From an uncultured Phycisphaerales bacterium (lineage in GTDB: Bacteria > Planctomycetota > Phycisphaerae > Tepidisphaerales > Tepidisphaeraceae), in assembly GCA_963844715.1 (NCBI GenBank), contig CAWJPJ010000005.1:32001-96000 (forward strand): a stretch of 64,000 nt of DNA, written 5' to 3'. The notes beneath the pieces are model-generated. The model was given only the letters and a program-made list of their open reading frames with translations, did not search any database and was not told the origin of the DNA. The position numbers were made by a program, and so were the translations under genes. Positions 9,447 to 20,576 of this stretch are shown here, piece by piece (position 1 is the stretch's first letter; each line of letters opens with the position of its first letter).

Positions 9447-10502
9447 TTATACTGGCGCTGCTTCCAGCAACTGATTCCACTTGCGGAATGAGCGCGCCTT
9501 CCAGCCCTCTTTGTGCCAGGCGTATCCCACGATCAGCGGTACGGCCACCGTTGCTTCGCTGAAGACCATTTGTTCGTAGACCGTATCCACCTTGCCCCAA
9601 CTGCTGGCTTCCTTCAGGGTGCTGCCTGAGAGGGCGCCGTCGCGGACGTCGGCGACGGTGATTTGAATGGCGTACTTGTGCATGGGCGCTTCGTTGCCCA
9701 GGATTTCCGCGGCGACGACGATGTCCTGGGCGAAATTCTTCGGCACGCCGCCGCCGATCATGAACAATCCCGTTTGGGGATTTTTGATCTTCAGCAGAGT
9801 GAGTTCGTAAAAGTCTTTGCCGCTGTCGATGCTGACGGTTGGTTGGCCGGATGCCGCCCGGGCGTGAATGTGAGCGACGAACCCGAACCCGGCCGAGCAG
9901 TCGCTGAACGCCGGACAGAAGATCGGGACGTCCTGCTTATATGCCTCGGCCACGATGCTCTCGGCGGTCTTGCCGTTCTTCTGGAGATAGGCTCCCATCT
10001 CGCGGATGATTTCGCGGGAGCTGTAGGGGCCCGGCTCCATGCCGTCGATGACCTTCTGCATCGTCTCATCGCACACGCGAAGCTCTTCCTCGTCGATGAG
10101 CGTGTCGTAAATGCGGTCGATCATGAGATCACGGAGCATGCCGTCGTTCTGGCCGCTCTTGAGATATTCCGGCGCGACGTAATGGCGGAAGCCGAGGGCT
10201 TCGAAGAAATCCTGATCGACGATATTCGCCCCGGTGGAGACGATTGCATCCACCATTTTGCTGCGAATCATCTCGACGAAGATCTTCTTCAGACCCGCGC
10301 TGATGAGCGACCCGGCCAGGCAGAGGATGACCCCGCACTCCTTGTCGCGGAGCATTCGGTCGTAAATTTCCGCCGCCCGGTTCAGGTCGCGGGCGCTGTA
10401 GGCCATGCCTTTCATCGCGTCCACAACGGAGATGACGTTATGCCGGGTAATGTCGATGTGTTCGATGGTTTTGCTGAGCAGTTCCTGTTTCGTTTCGGCC
10501 AT
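9447..10502 (-). CDS. Deoxyhypusine synthase-like (homospermidine synthase-type) protein
   Basis: IVSTGAN, IDRIYD, GGGVPKNF, GALSGSTLKEASSWGK; GAGGAG RBS before ATG 10502. Confidence 0.92.
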   Translation of the reverse strand: MAETKQELLSKTIEHIDITRHNVISVVDAMKGMAYSARDLNRAAEIYDRMLRDKECGVILCLAGSLISAGLKKIFVEMIRSKMVDAIVSTGANIVDQDFFEALGFRHYVAPEYLKSGQNDGMLRDLMIDRIYDTLIDEEELRVCDETMQKVIDGMEPGPYSSREIIREMGAYLQKNGKTAESIVAEAYKQDVPIFCPAFSDCSAGFGFVAHIHARAASGQPTVSIDSGKDFYELTLLKIKNPQTGLFMIGGGVPKNFAQDIVVAAEILGNEAPMHKYAIQITVADVRDGALSGSTLKEASSWGKVDTVYEQMVFSEATVAVPLIVGYAWHKEGWKARSFRKWNQLLEAAPV

Positions 10503-10534
10503 GATCGGCCTCCTCGCAAAAAGTGGGGCGAAAT

Positions 10535-10605
10535 AAAAAAGCCACCTCGGCCAGCTACGGTGTGCTCCCAGTGGAACAACCGCCATTGCGGGCCGGGGTG
10601 GCTTT
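10535..10605 (-). promoter_or_regulatory. Structured 5' leader / attenuator candidate of the DHS-like gene
   Basis: 15-bp outer stem (1 mismatch) enclosing an inner hairpin, ending in a U-run about 15 nt before the RBS. Confidence 0.55.
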
Positions 10606-10688
10606 GACTGTTCCTATCATGCGTCATTGGGGGTCGGAAAGTCAAGTCAAACTTTCTTCGGTTAGCGAAATTTAATACGATCGCTTAG

Positions 10689-11447
10689 ATGGCGGAGAAT
10701 GCAAATTCCTTTCGGCGCGATCTTTGGCTTCGCAGCGAGCGGGCGTTCGGTCTCGACTCTGTGGCGGTCCCTTCTGAAGCCTCGGAAGCCCCTACGCCGC
10801 CCGCCGCGCCGGCCGAAGCCGTCGAACTGTTTGGCGCGATCTCGTCGGACGTCCTGCCGCGCGAGCAGAAAAATTCCCTTCTGTCGGGCATGGATGAAAA
10901 GGAAGTGAAGGTATGCACACGCTGCCGGTTGTGTGAGTCGAGGAAGCACACCGTATTTGGAGAGGGTGACGCCGACGCCAAAATCTTTTTTATCGGCGAA
11001 GGCCCGGGCGAAAACGAGGATTTGCAGGGGCGTCCGTTTGTTGGGCGGGCCGGGCAGCTACTGGACAAGATGATCGCGGCGATGGGATTGCAGCGCGGGC
11101 AGGTGTATATCGCCAACATCGTCAAGTGCCGTCCGCCGCAGAATCGCACGCCGGCGCCGGACGAAGTCGAGACTTGCACGCCCTATCTGGTCCGCCAGCT
11201 CGAGATCATCCGGCCAAAAGTGATCGTCACGCTTGGACTTCCAGCATCGAAATACATGTTGGACAGCAAACTTTCCATGGGAAAGCTTCGCGGGCAATGG
11301 CACGCGTGGCGCGGAATCAAGCTCATGGCGACGTTTCACCCCGCATTTTTGCTGCGATCCTACACCGAGGAAAATCGCGCCGCCGTCTGGAGCGACCTGC
11401 AAAAAGTGATGGCGGAAGTGGGATTGCCCGCGCCGCGGCGCGGATAA
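10689..11447 (+). CDS. Uracil-DNA glycosylase, family 4 (Fe-S)
   Basis: CTRCRL, GEGPG, PFVGRAG, NIVKCRPP.NR, TFHPAFLLR. Confidence 0.95.
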   Translation: MAENANSFRRDLWLRSERAFGLDSVAVPSEASEAPTPPAAPAEAVELFGAISSDVLPREQKNSLLSGMDEKEVKVCTRCRLCESRKHTVFGEGDADAKIFFIGEGPGENEDLQGRPFVGRAGQLLDKMIAAMGLQRGQVYIANIVKCRPPQNRTPAPDEVETCTPYLVRQLEIIRPKVIVTLGLPASKYMLDSKLSMGKLRGQWHAWRGIKLMATFHPAFLLRSYTEENRAAVWSDLQKVMAEVGLPAPRRG

Positions 11448-11781
11448 AATCAATGTTGAAAACGCGCAAAAAAAATTCCGCGAGATTTTTTTCGCCCGAC
11501 TCATGCGCAACGCATTGTGAAATAACGTCTGAGATGAAGCGCACATTTTTCACGGCGCGAAATGCAAAGATTTCGCTCTTGCATTATGAGCGCGGGGTAA
11601 TAATCTGTTCGACCAATGGGAACGAATGCAGTGGTCGCGCGTTGTCCGTATTGTTTCCCGACGGTCGGCACTGCAATCCGTTTCGTTTTTCAGGACTAAT
11701 GGACCGGGTCGCCGTTGGCTGAGCGGGCGAACCGGAGATGTAACGATCATTTAAGACAAGAGCTCCGCCGAAGATATCGCC

Positions 11782-13137
11782 ATGTCCATTACTTACTCGC
11801 CTTCGCCGCGCGAGCCGATGCCTCGTCGTGCGCCGGAAGCCATATTCGATCCGTCCCTCTGGCATCAGATTCTCCAGCGGGTTCGGGCCGGCCATCCGAG
11901 CCTCAACCGCGTCTGGTTCGACCAGCTTACGCCCCGGCAGCTGACCAACGGCGTGATCCAGGTCATCGTCGCCAACGCCGCCCAGCTCAATTTCTGCCAG
12001 AGCCAGTGCCAGAAACCCTTTACCAACGCCGCTCAGGAAATCACCGGGCGGCTGGTCTCGGTCATGTTCCACTGCGAGAACCTCGGCGGCGGGGGGGTCT
12101 TCGGCGAGATCGAGCAGCCGCTGCCGCTTAATCCCGATTACACGTTCGATCAGTTCGTGACCGGGCCTTGCAATCGTCTGCCGCACGCGGCGTCGATTGC
12201 CGTCTCTGAACAACTCGGGCGAACCTACAACCCGCTCTTCATCCACGGCGGCGTTGGCCTGGGCAAGACGCATCTGCTCCAGGCAATCTGCCAGCAAGTT
12301 CTGGAGCGACAGCCCGAGGCGAGGATTCTTTATCTCTCCTGCGAGAGGTTCATGAATCATTTCATCGAGACCGTCGAAAAAGGCGACATGATGAAATTCC
12401 GCAATCGGTACCGGCATCTCGACATGCTGGTGATCGACGACATCCATTTCCTGGCCGGCAAGGACCGCACGCAGGAAGAGTTCTTCCACACGTTCAACAC
12501 GCTCTACCAGCAGCAAAAGCAGATCATCCTCAGCGCCGACTGCCCGCCGAGCGAAATTCGCGAGCTTGAAGAACGGCTGGTCAGCCGGTTCAACTGGGGC
12601 CTGGTCGCCCGGATCGACAAGCCGTGTTACGAGACCCGGGTTGCAATTCTGCAAAAGAAAGCCCGGGTCCGGGGACTGACGCTGCCGGACGACGTGCTTT
12701 GCTACGTGGCCGGCAAAGTGGAAAACAACACGCGCGAGCTCGAAGGTGCGATCACCAAACTCCAAGGGATGGGAAACTTGCAAAACGGAAAAATCGACCT
12801 CGACCTGGCGAAAACCGCCCTGGGCGAGAGCAGTGCGGCCGAGCAGCGCCGCGTCACGATCCAGCAGATTCTGGATACCGTCACCAAGTACTACAACGTC
12901 CGCCTCAGCGACCTGCAAAGTAAGCGACGCCACAAAAGCATCGCTTTCCCCCGGCAGGTCTGCATGTACCTCGCCCGCAGGCACACGCGGTATAGCCTCG
13001 AGGAAATCGGCGGCTACTTCGGCGGCCGGGATCACACCACGGTTCTTCACGCCGTCCGAACCGTCGAAAAAGATTGCACGGACGAGCGCGACATCGCCGA
13101 TCAGCTTAACCAGATCGAGGGGCAACTCGTCGCGTGA
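11782..13137 (+). CDS. dnaA: Chromosomal replication initiator DnaA
   Basis: NPLFIHGGVGLGKTHL, LVIDDIHF, RLVSRF, RELEG, FGGRDHTTVLHA. Confidence 0.97.
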   Translation: MSITYSPSPREPMPRRAPEAIFDPSLWHQILQRVRAGHPSLNRVWFDQLTPRQLTNGVIQVIVANAAQLNFCQSQCQKPFTNAAQEITGRLVSVMFHCENLGGGGVFGEIEQPLPLNPDYTFDQFVTGPCNRLPHAASIAVSEQLGRTYNPLFIHGGVGLGKTHLLQAICQQVLERQPEARILYLSCERFMNHFIETVEKGDMMKFRNRYRHLDMLVIDDIHFLAGKDRTQEEFFHTFNTLYQQQKQIILSADCPPSEIRELEERLVSRFNWGLVARIDKPCYETRVAILQKKARVRGLTLPDDVLCYVAGKVENNTRELEGAITKLQGMGNLQNGKIDLDLAKTALGESSAAEQRRVTIQQILDTVTKYYNVRLSDLQSKRRHKSIAFPRQVCMYLARRHTRYSLEEIGGYFGGRDHTTVLHAVRTVEKDCTDERDIADQLNQIEGQLVA

Positions 13138-13297
13138 CGAGGCGGTGTGGAGTTCTAAATCCTGGGACTCGCGCTGCGGGGGAGAGGCTCGCGGTGCTGG
13201 GCAGCGCCGCTAAATGGGGAGAGGATCGAGACTGATCCGCCAAGGGCACGGGCGTCCCCTCGCCAATTCGATCTGGCCTCTCTAGAATCCCCGCCAC

Positions 13298-15077
13298 ATG
13301 GCGCTGGTCCTCTTTCACACAAGCAAAGTTCGCGAAGCCTTGAAATCGCAGGCGAGCCTGGGCGTGGATTTAATTTTGATCGTCGCCATCGCCGGACTCG
13401 TCGCCGCGGTGGCGATGTGCTTCGGACAAGCCTCCAGTCCGATGCGGCAGACGGTGCACATCGACCTGTCCCTGTGGGCGCTGCCCAAGTACACCATGTT
13501 CAGCCTGGCGCGGCTTCGCGGCGTACATCATCTCACTGGTCTTCACGCTCATTTACGGCACCATCGCCGCCCACAATCACCGGGCGGAAAAAGTCATGAT
13601 CCCGGCGCTGGATATTCTTCAGTCGATTCCCGTTCTGGGGTTCCTGCCGGGTCTGGTCCTGGCGATGATCAGCCTCTTCCCCAATCGCGAAATTGGACTT
13701 GAGCTGGCGTGCGTCATCATGATCTTCACCGCCCAGGTGTGGAACATGACCTTCAGTTTCCACGGCAGCCTGCGATCCATCCCCACCGCCCTGCGCGAAG
13801 CCGCCGCCATGCAGGGGCTCAGCGGGTGGCAGATTTTCCGGCTCCTGGAAGTCCCCGCCGCCATGATCGGACTGGTCTGGAACTCCATGATGTCCATGGC
13901 GGGGGGCTGGTTCTTTCTAAGCGTTAACGAGGCATTCCAATTGACGATCCACGGCGTCAATCACGATTTCCGCCTGCCCGGCATCGGGTCGTACATGAGC
14001 GAAGCCATCGAGCAGCGCGATCACCTGGCGCAGCTCGGGGCGATCATCGCGATGGTGCTCATGATCGTCCTGGTCGATCAGATTTTCTGGCGCCCGATCG
14101 TGGTCTGGAGCCAGCGTTTTAAATTGGAGGACAGCACCGACGCCGATGAGCCGCATTCCTGGGTCGTCGATCTGTTTAAACACTCGGCGATGTTGCGGCA
14201 CCTCTCGCGGGTATTTCGTCGCAAGCACCATGGAGAGCCGGTTGTCGTCGAGCGAGTTCACCGGCCTACTCCCGCCTGGATCGCGCCGGCAAGAAAATTT
14301 CTCACCTGGCTGGTCCTCACCGCCGGGTGCGTCGCCGCGATCATGGGGGCGCTGAAGCTGCTGGATCTGTTCGTCCATCTCCCACTGCGCGATCCTGACC
14401 CCTCGCACCCGTGGTATTTGCGCGAGGATTGGATCACGATTCTCCTGGCGCTCATGGCGTCGTTCGCCCGAACCACGGCCGCGGTCGTCATCGGCGGGAT
14501 CTGGACGCTTCCGGTCGGAATCATGATCGGCCTGTCCCCGCGATGGTCCCATCGCCTTCAGCCTATTAACCAGGTCCTGGCCAGTTTTCCGGCGCCGATG
14601 CTTTTCCCGCTTGTTTACGAACTGCTGGTCCTTCTGCACATTCCCTTCGGCGTGGGTTGCGTCGCTCTGATGCTCCTGGGTGCGCAGTGGTATATACTTT
14701 TCAATGTGATCGCGGGCGCCACCGCGATCCCGGCGGAACTGAAAGAGGCCGGAAGGATTTACGATCTCAGCGCCATCGAACGGTGGAAAAAATTGTATCT
14801 TCCAAGCGTCTTTCCCTATTTGGTCACCGGCCTGATCACGGCGGCGGGGGGGGCGTGGAACGCGACGATCGTCGCGGAGGCCCTCAGCCTGGGTCACGAC
14901 GTGACTATTTATACCTTTGGGCTCGGCTCGATTATTTGCCGCGCCTCCGACAGCGAGAAATACTCGTTGCTTGCGGCCGCCGTGGTCACGATGTCCGTTT
15001 TCGTGGTATTGCTGAACCGAATTGTCTGGAAACGACTGTATAGGCTTGCCGAGGGGCGCTACAGTTTGAATGTCTGA
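13298..15077 (+). CDS. ABC transporter permease, nitrate/sulfonate-type, two-domain (frameshift ~13515)
   Basis: [39 protein letters not shown]. Confidence 0.9.
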
Positions 15078-16435
15078 CGCAACGCGGAGCGATGGAAAAA
15101 TGGAAAACGGATCGACCATCTCGGAAGCCATCAACGTGACGGTCGCGTTTGGCGATGAGGCGAACGCGAATCGCCTGCTCGTGCTCGATAACGTCTCGCT
15201 CGCCGTCAAGCCGGGCGAGGTGCTCGCCATCCTCGGCCCCAGCGGATGCGGGAAAAGCACGCTCCTGCGCACCATGATCGGGCTGCTCAAACCCACCAGC
15301 GGAACCATCCTCGCGCACGGAAAACCTCTGGTCGGCATCCACCCGGGCGTCTCGCTGGTATTCCAAAACTTCGCGCTCTTCCCATGGCTCTCCGTGCGCG
15401 ACAACATCAAAGTTGCCCTGAACGGCCTGGATATTGATCCGGCGGTGGGACGGGAACGCGTCGCCCGCTGTATCGACGTCGTCGGCCTCGAGGGGTTCGA
15501 GGAAGCCTATCCCAAGGAACTCTCCGGCGGCATGAAGCAGCGCGTCGGAATCGCCCGCGCCCTGCGCGCGGGCCGGAACTGCTTTGCATGGACGAGCCTT
15601 TTAGCGCGCTGGATGTCTTCACTGCTGAAAGTCTTCGCAGCGAAGTCTATCGCCTCTGGTCCGGCGGCGGGAGCAAGCTGCCGTTCGCTCTCAAAAGCGT
15701 GGTGATGATCACCCACCTGATCGAGGAGGCGGTCTTTTTGGCCGATCGAATCGTCGTCATGGGCGCCCGACCCGGGCACATTCGCACGATCATCCAAAAC
15801 GACGTGCCGCACCCGCGCGAGTATCAATCCCCCGCGTTTATCCGGGCGGTGCAGCGCATTCACGATGTCATCACCAAGGAGCAGATGCCGGACGTGCCGC
15901 CGGCCCCCGCGCCGTGGAAGCTCCCGGCCAAATGCCGCAGCCGGCGCCGCTTCCCTCGGTCAACCTTGGCCACATCTTCGGGCTTATGGAAATCGTCCGC
16001 GATCACGACGGGCAGATGGACGTGTTCAATCTCGATCAGCTGACAGATTACGATTTCGGCCACACCATCAGCGTCGTCAAAGCCGGCGAACTCATCGGGT
16101 TCCTGGATACGCCGAAGAACCAGGTTCTATTGACCGATCTGGGCCGGAAATTCCTGGATGCCGATATCAACGCCCGCAAGGATATGTTCCGAATCCAACT
16201 GCTCACTCTGGGAACGTTCCGATTCGTCATGCATCTTCTGAACGATGCTCCTACGCACCGGTTGAGCAAGGATATCGTGGAGGAAGAATTGGCGGTCCGC
16301 CTGACGACTGAAGACGTGGAAAAAGCGTTCGCAACCATCGTCGGGTGGGGACGATTCGCCGAACTCTTCGGCTACGACGCCTCTTCGGAAGAGCTGTATT
16401 TGGACGAACCCACCGGCACGATGCCTCCCCCCTGA
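15070..16435 (+). CDS. Nitrate/sulfonate ABC ATP-binding protein with C-terminal AAA-associated domain (two frameshifts)
   Basis: [25 protein letters not shown]-terminal [11 protein letters not shown] across three frames. Confidence 0.9.
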
Positions 16436-17022
16436 GGATTCTTCGCCACGGTCGCAATCGCCTGGCTGGCGCTGGTCGCATGGGCGGGCTGGGGCTGAGG
16501 CTGCGGCATTCTCTGCGATCCATTGCCCGTGATGCTCCGGCCAGGAATCACCAATCGACCGCTTCCGCTGACTGCCCTTTGCGAAACCGATGTGGATGGC
16601 GTGGCCACTTCGCTGAACGCCGTCGGCGTTGCCGGCCGCACCGGGCCCTGGCCCGGACTTGATGAGACCGTGGTCGGCGGTGCGCCGGAGGAAATCGGGG
16701 CTCTGCTGCCCCCTGGCTTTCCGGATACCGATTGGAATGCCGATTCGATCCTCTGCTGGAGCTTCGCGTCGTCGGGGTCGGACGCCGTCAGTAACGCCGC
16801 CGTCGCCTGGGCCTGGAGGGACGATAATTGCGCTTTCATCGCCGCCAGTTCGGAAGCTTGTTTATTGAGTTGTTGCTGCTGCGTCGCGATCGTCTGTTGT
16901 AAACCGGCGATCGTCCCATCCTTGCTGGCGCATTGATGTTGCACATCGGACAAAATTGCCGATAGCTGGTCCCAATCGTCCAAAATCGCCGCAAGCTTTT
17001 CCGTCAGAGGTGACATGTGCAC
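16372..17022 (-). CDS. Hypothetical protein, N-terminal coiled coil and low-complexity tail
   Basis: Gln-rich heptads then Pro/Ser/Thr-rich region; GGAG RBS. Confidence 0.6.
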   Translation of the reverse strand: MHMSPLTEKLAAILDDWDQLSAILSDVQHQCASKDGTIAGLQQTIATQQQQLNKQASELAAMKAQLSSLQAQATAALLTASDPDDAKLQQRIESAFQSVSGKPGGSRAPISSGAPPTTVSSSPGQGPVRPATPTAFSEVATPSTSVSQRAVSGSGRLVIPGRSITGNGSQRMPQPQPQPAHATSASQAIATVAKNPQGGGIVPVGSSKYSSSEEAS

Positions 17023-17220
17023 TCCGTTGCAAGCCCCGAATTCCAGCGTTCCTTCGCCGAAATTTCCGTCAGATGGGGACTTTACCGTGACGACCCGTGG
17101 GCTTCAACAGCCTGAGGGCAAAAAAGATGGGAAAGGAGACGCACGAAGGCATTCGCCGCGGCGACTGCTTTCCTGCCCTCCTTGACCCGCTTGGGCCACC
17201 CCCATAAGGTTCCCTTACGC

Positions 17221-18510
17221 ATGACACAGACATTGAATAACGAGCAGATTAACCGCTACAAGCGGCATCTGATCCTGCCGGAAGTGGGGACCGAGGGTCA
17301 GCTTAAGCTGATGAACGCCAAGGTTCTTTGCATCGGCGCGGGGGGATTGGGGTGTCCGATCTCTCTTTATCTGGCCGCCGCGGGCGTGAGGACCATCGGT
17401 CTGGCCGACGTTGACGTCGTCAGCCCGAGCAATCTTCAGCGGCAGGTTCTGTTCGGCGTCTCGTCGATTGGCGAAGCTAAAGTCACCGCTGCCGGGAAGC
17501 GCCTGAGGGATTTGAACCCCGACGTCAAAATCATCGAGCACAAGATCGTGGTGAACAGCCAGAACGTGCTCGATCTGGTTCGTCCGTACGACATCATCAT
17601 CGACGGCACGGATAATTTTCCGACGCGGTACTGCGTCAACGACGCCTGCGTGATCCTGAAAAAGCCGAACGTCTACGGCTCGATCTTCCGCTTCGAGGGG
17701 ATGATCACCGTCTTTGCCCCGCACTTGGAAAACCCCGACCGCCCCGGCGAGCACGGCCCGTGCTATCGCTGCCTCTATCCCGAGCCCCCTGATCCAGGCT
17801 CCGTCCCGAGCTGCGCTGAAGGCGGCGTGATCGGCGTTCTCCCCGGAATCATCGGCACCCTTCAGGCTAACGAAGTCATCAAGCTCATCCTCGGCGTCGG
17901 GCGACCCGCCACCGGGCGGCTTACCACGTTCAGCGCCATGGACCTGGAATTCCGAGCCTTCAAAATCCGCCGCGATCCGAATTGCCCGGTCTGCGGGGAG
18001 CATCCGACGATTACCAAACCAATCGACTATGAAGAATTCTGCGGCGTGCCGATTCTCGATCCTGCCAGTGCTGCTGAGACCGCCGCGGAAGTGAAAAAAG
18101 CAAAGGAGGGACCCGCGATGTCCCAAGCAAAATCCGATCCATCGCTCGATTCGCGCGGATTGCCGCCGCATTATCCATTTAAACCGGATTGGGAGATCAC
18201 GCCGCGCGAGGTGAAAAAACTTTTGGACGAGAAAGCCAATTTTGTTTTCATCGATGCGCGATTGCCGAACGAAGCGGCGATCACCAAAATCGACGGGGCC
18301 ACGCTCATTCCCGTCCAGCAACTTGCCCAGCGCATCGGCGAACTCAAAGGCCACGAAAATGACAAAATCATCGTCCACTGCAAGTCCGGCGGGCGATCGA
18401 TGCAGTTCGCTCAAATCCTCAAGCAGCAGGGGTTCAAGGATGTGAAAAGCATGGCGGGGGGGATATTGCTGTGGAATAAGGACATCAATCCGGGGGGACC
18501 GCAGTATTAG
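17221..18510 (+). CDS. moeB: Molybdopterin-synthase adenylyltransferase with rhodanese domain (MoeB/MoeZ)
   Basis: RYKRHL, GAGGLG, SNLQRQ, DGTDNF, CYRC, CPVC; C-terminal CKSGGRS. Confidence 0.93.
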   Translation: MTQTLNNEQINRYKRHLILPEVGTEGQLKLMNAKVLCIGAGGLGCPISLYLAAAGVRTIGLADVDVVSPSNLQRQVLFGVSSIGEAKVTAAGKRLRDLNPDVKIIEHKIVVNSQNVLDLVRPYDIIIDGTDNFPTRYCVNDACVILKKPNVYGSIFRFEGMITVFAPHLENPDRPGEHGPCYRCLYPEPPDPGSVPSCAEGGVIGVLPGIIGTLQANEVIKLILGVGRPATGRLTTFSAMDLEFRAFKIRRDPNCPVCGEHPTITKPIDYEEFCGVPILDPASAAETAAEVKKAKEGPAMSQAKSDPSLDSRGLPPHYPFKPDWEITPREVKKLLDEKANFVFIDARLPNEAAITKIDGATLIPVQQLAQRIGELKGHENDKIIVHCKSGGRSMQFAQILKQQGFKDVKSMAGGILLWNKDINPGGPQY

Positions 18511-18536
18511 CGCGGGCTTTTTCGTGATGGGGTAAA

Positions 18537-19223
18537 ATGAGCGGCATGGGAAAGCCGCTTACGGCCCGGTCACAGCGGCGCATCATCACGACTCTCATAG
18601 TGGTGGGCGTGCTGGCAGCTTTATACGGATTGGGAATTTGGGCGGTATATGCATCAGAACGAACCAGATGCGCTTGGAATTTGCGCGCCATCGGCCAAGT
18701 GCTTATCCCGTACGCCAATGATAATCGCGGACAGTTGCCGCCTGATCTGGGGACGCTTGCGATTACCGAGGACGTAACCGCGCCGGTATTCACCTGCCGT
18801 GCAACCAATACTTCGGCTCCGGCGAATTTACCTGCCGATCAATTGAAGTCGTGGGTCAATGCCAATGCCGATTATATCTACATTGGAGGTTCGGAGAAGC
18901 TGTTTACGAATAGTCAGACGGTTCCGACCCAATCGAATATCGTCGCGCAAACGGTTTTGGCATACGAGAAAGACGAAAACCACCAGGGCAAAGGGATGAA
19001 TGTCTTATTTGCGGACGGGCACGTCGAGTGGATCACAATCGACGCGGCTCACCAGGCGGTCGCGGCAACGTTGGCGGGACGGGTTCGCAAACCCAGCCGA
19101 TCAGCACGAAATGAAGATTCGTCATCGCCCCCCCAACCTCGCGGTGGAGCACCGGGGCGAGGGGATGAGGACGGTTATCTCACTACTGAATCTTGGTCCC
19201 GAGCACGGCCAAAAACATGCTGA
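18537..19223 (+). CDS. DUF1559 / H-X9-DG domain protein
   Basis: TM then [12 protein letters not shown]...[17 protein letters not shown]. Confidence 0.8.
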   Translation: MSGMGKPLTARSQRRIITTLIVVGVLAALYGLGIWAVYASERTRCAWNLRAIGQVLIPYANDNRGQLPPDLGTLAITEDVTAPVFTCRATNTSAPANLPADQLKSWVNANADYIYIGGSEKLFTNSQTVPTQSNIVAQTVLAYEKDENHQGKGMNVLFADGHVEWITIDAAHQAVAATLAGRVRKPSRSARNEDSSSPPQPRGGAPGRGDEDGYLTTESWSRARPKTC

Positions 19224-19760
19224 TCCACTCCGGATGCGCCGGCCAGGCGGGGGCGGTTACCAGTTTCCCATCGACGATGGCCTTATCCACGGGGATGGCT
19301 TCGAACTTTCCGCCGCTGGCGGTGACTTCCGGGGCGACGGCGGGGTAGGCGGTGCAGGTTCTTCCTTTGAGGACGTTGGCCGCGGCGAGGATTTGCATGG
19401 CGTGGCAGATGGCGGCGACGGGTTTGACCGTTTCGAAGAAATGGCGGACGGTTTGAAGGACCGCCGGGTTAAGGCGCAGATATTCGGGCATCGGCCGCCG
19501 GGGAGGACGAGGGTGTCGTAGGTCTCCGGGCGGATTTCCGCGAAGGTTGCGTTGAGCGCGAAAGCGTGGCCGGGTTTTTCGGTGTAGGTTTGGTCTCCCT
19601 CAAAATCGTGCACGGCCGTCTTGATCTTCTCGCCCGACTTCTTGTTCGGGCAGACGGCGTGAACCGTGTGACCCACGGCCTGTAGGGCCTGGAACGGCAC
19701 CATCACTTCGTAATCTTCTGAGAAATCTCCGACGATCATGAGAATTTTCTTGGCGGCCAT
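19183..19760 (-). CDS. DJ-1/PfpI family protein (frameshift ~19492)
   Basis: [34 protein letters not shown]. Confidence 0.92.
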
Positions 19761-19785
19761 GGATCACTCCTGTTTGGAAAAAGCG

Positions 19786-19916
19786 ATTGAACCGCCAAGG
19801 CGCCAAGGACGCCAAGGACGCCAAGATAAAACCGCCAGAAAATGCCTTTTATTTCCGTTCAGTGTTTTCTTGGCGTTTCTTAGCTTGGCGTTCTTGGCGG
19901 CTTTTGGCGGTTCAAT
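19786..19916. repeat. Palindromic element, family C (CGCCAAG units)
   Basis: attgaaccgccaaggcgccaaggacgccaaggacgccaag ... cttggcgttcttggcggcttttggcggttcaat. Confidence 0.9.
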
Positions 19917-19923
19917 ACTCTTC

Positions 19924-20415
19924 TTATACCGGCATCTGATGCGCGACTTTGTACAGATTCCAGGTCAAATGAATCTGCCCATGATGATGCGCCTCGTGCC
20001 AGGCCATGAGGACTAAGGTATCCTCGACGGATCGTTTGCGGCCGCCGAAATCGAGTTCGCGATTCATCGCTTCGGGGTGCGTTTCGATCCAGCTTTTGAT
20101 GGCCGCGTATTTGGTGTCTAGCAACTCTCGAATCTGTTTCATGGACGGCACGTTTGCATCCGTCGGGGTCGAACCACCGGCAAAGGCATCGACCAGCTCT
20201 TTATCCGGCTGCTCGTTGGCAAATCGCATCTTGAGGAATCGCTCATGGGAGGCGGCGCAGTGGGCGAATTGCCACCCCAAATGGGCTCGCCCGGGGGCCG
20301 GGCGCCAGGCCAGGACCTGTCTCATATCTTGCCCGCTTTTTTCGATCGCGTTCAGTTCATCCAGCAAGCGCTGATGAGACATGTCCAGCGCTGCAATCAA
20401 AGTCTTCTGGTCCAC
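19924..20415 (-). CDS. DinB family protein
   Basis: GWQFAH ... HEAHHHGQI metal-binding motif. Confidence 0.85.
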   Translation of the reverse strand: MDQKTLIAALDMSHQRLLDELNAIEKSGQDMRQVLAWRPAPGRAHLGWQFAHCAASHERFLKMRFANEQPDKELVDAFAGGSTPTDANVPSMKQIRELLDTKYAAIKSWIETHPEAMNRELDFGGRKRSVEDTLVLMAWHEAHHHGQIHLTWNLYKVAHQMPV

Positions 20416-20576
20416 GGCGGAATCTCCTTTGTTAAAACGGCAATGCCTTATGGGTTGATCTTATCCCGCAATTCACATCTCGGGTAGGATTCAAAAAGGC
20501 GAGTGCCCGCCGCGATGGCGGGCACCGTAATCAATGTAATAACCTTGCGGGTTCGCGTCGGCGCGTTCCGGCTGAC

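Noticed and set aside
11584..13125. Long antisense ORFs (e.g. 513 aa opposite dnaA, also opposite moeB, rpoD and the ABC permease)
   Set aside because: Shadow ORFs expected from high-GC codon bias; no recognisable motifs.
17114..17170. c-di-GMP-I riboswitch-like words (GGGCAAA...GAAA...GACGCA) upstream of moeB
   Set aside because: The bases flanking GAAA do not pair and the second stem is missing.
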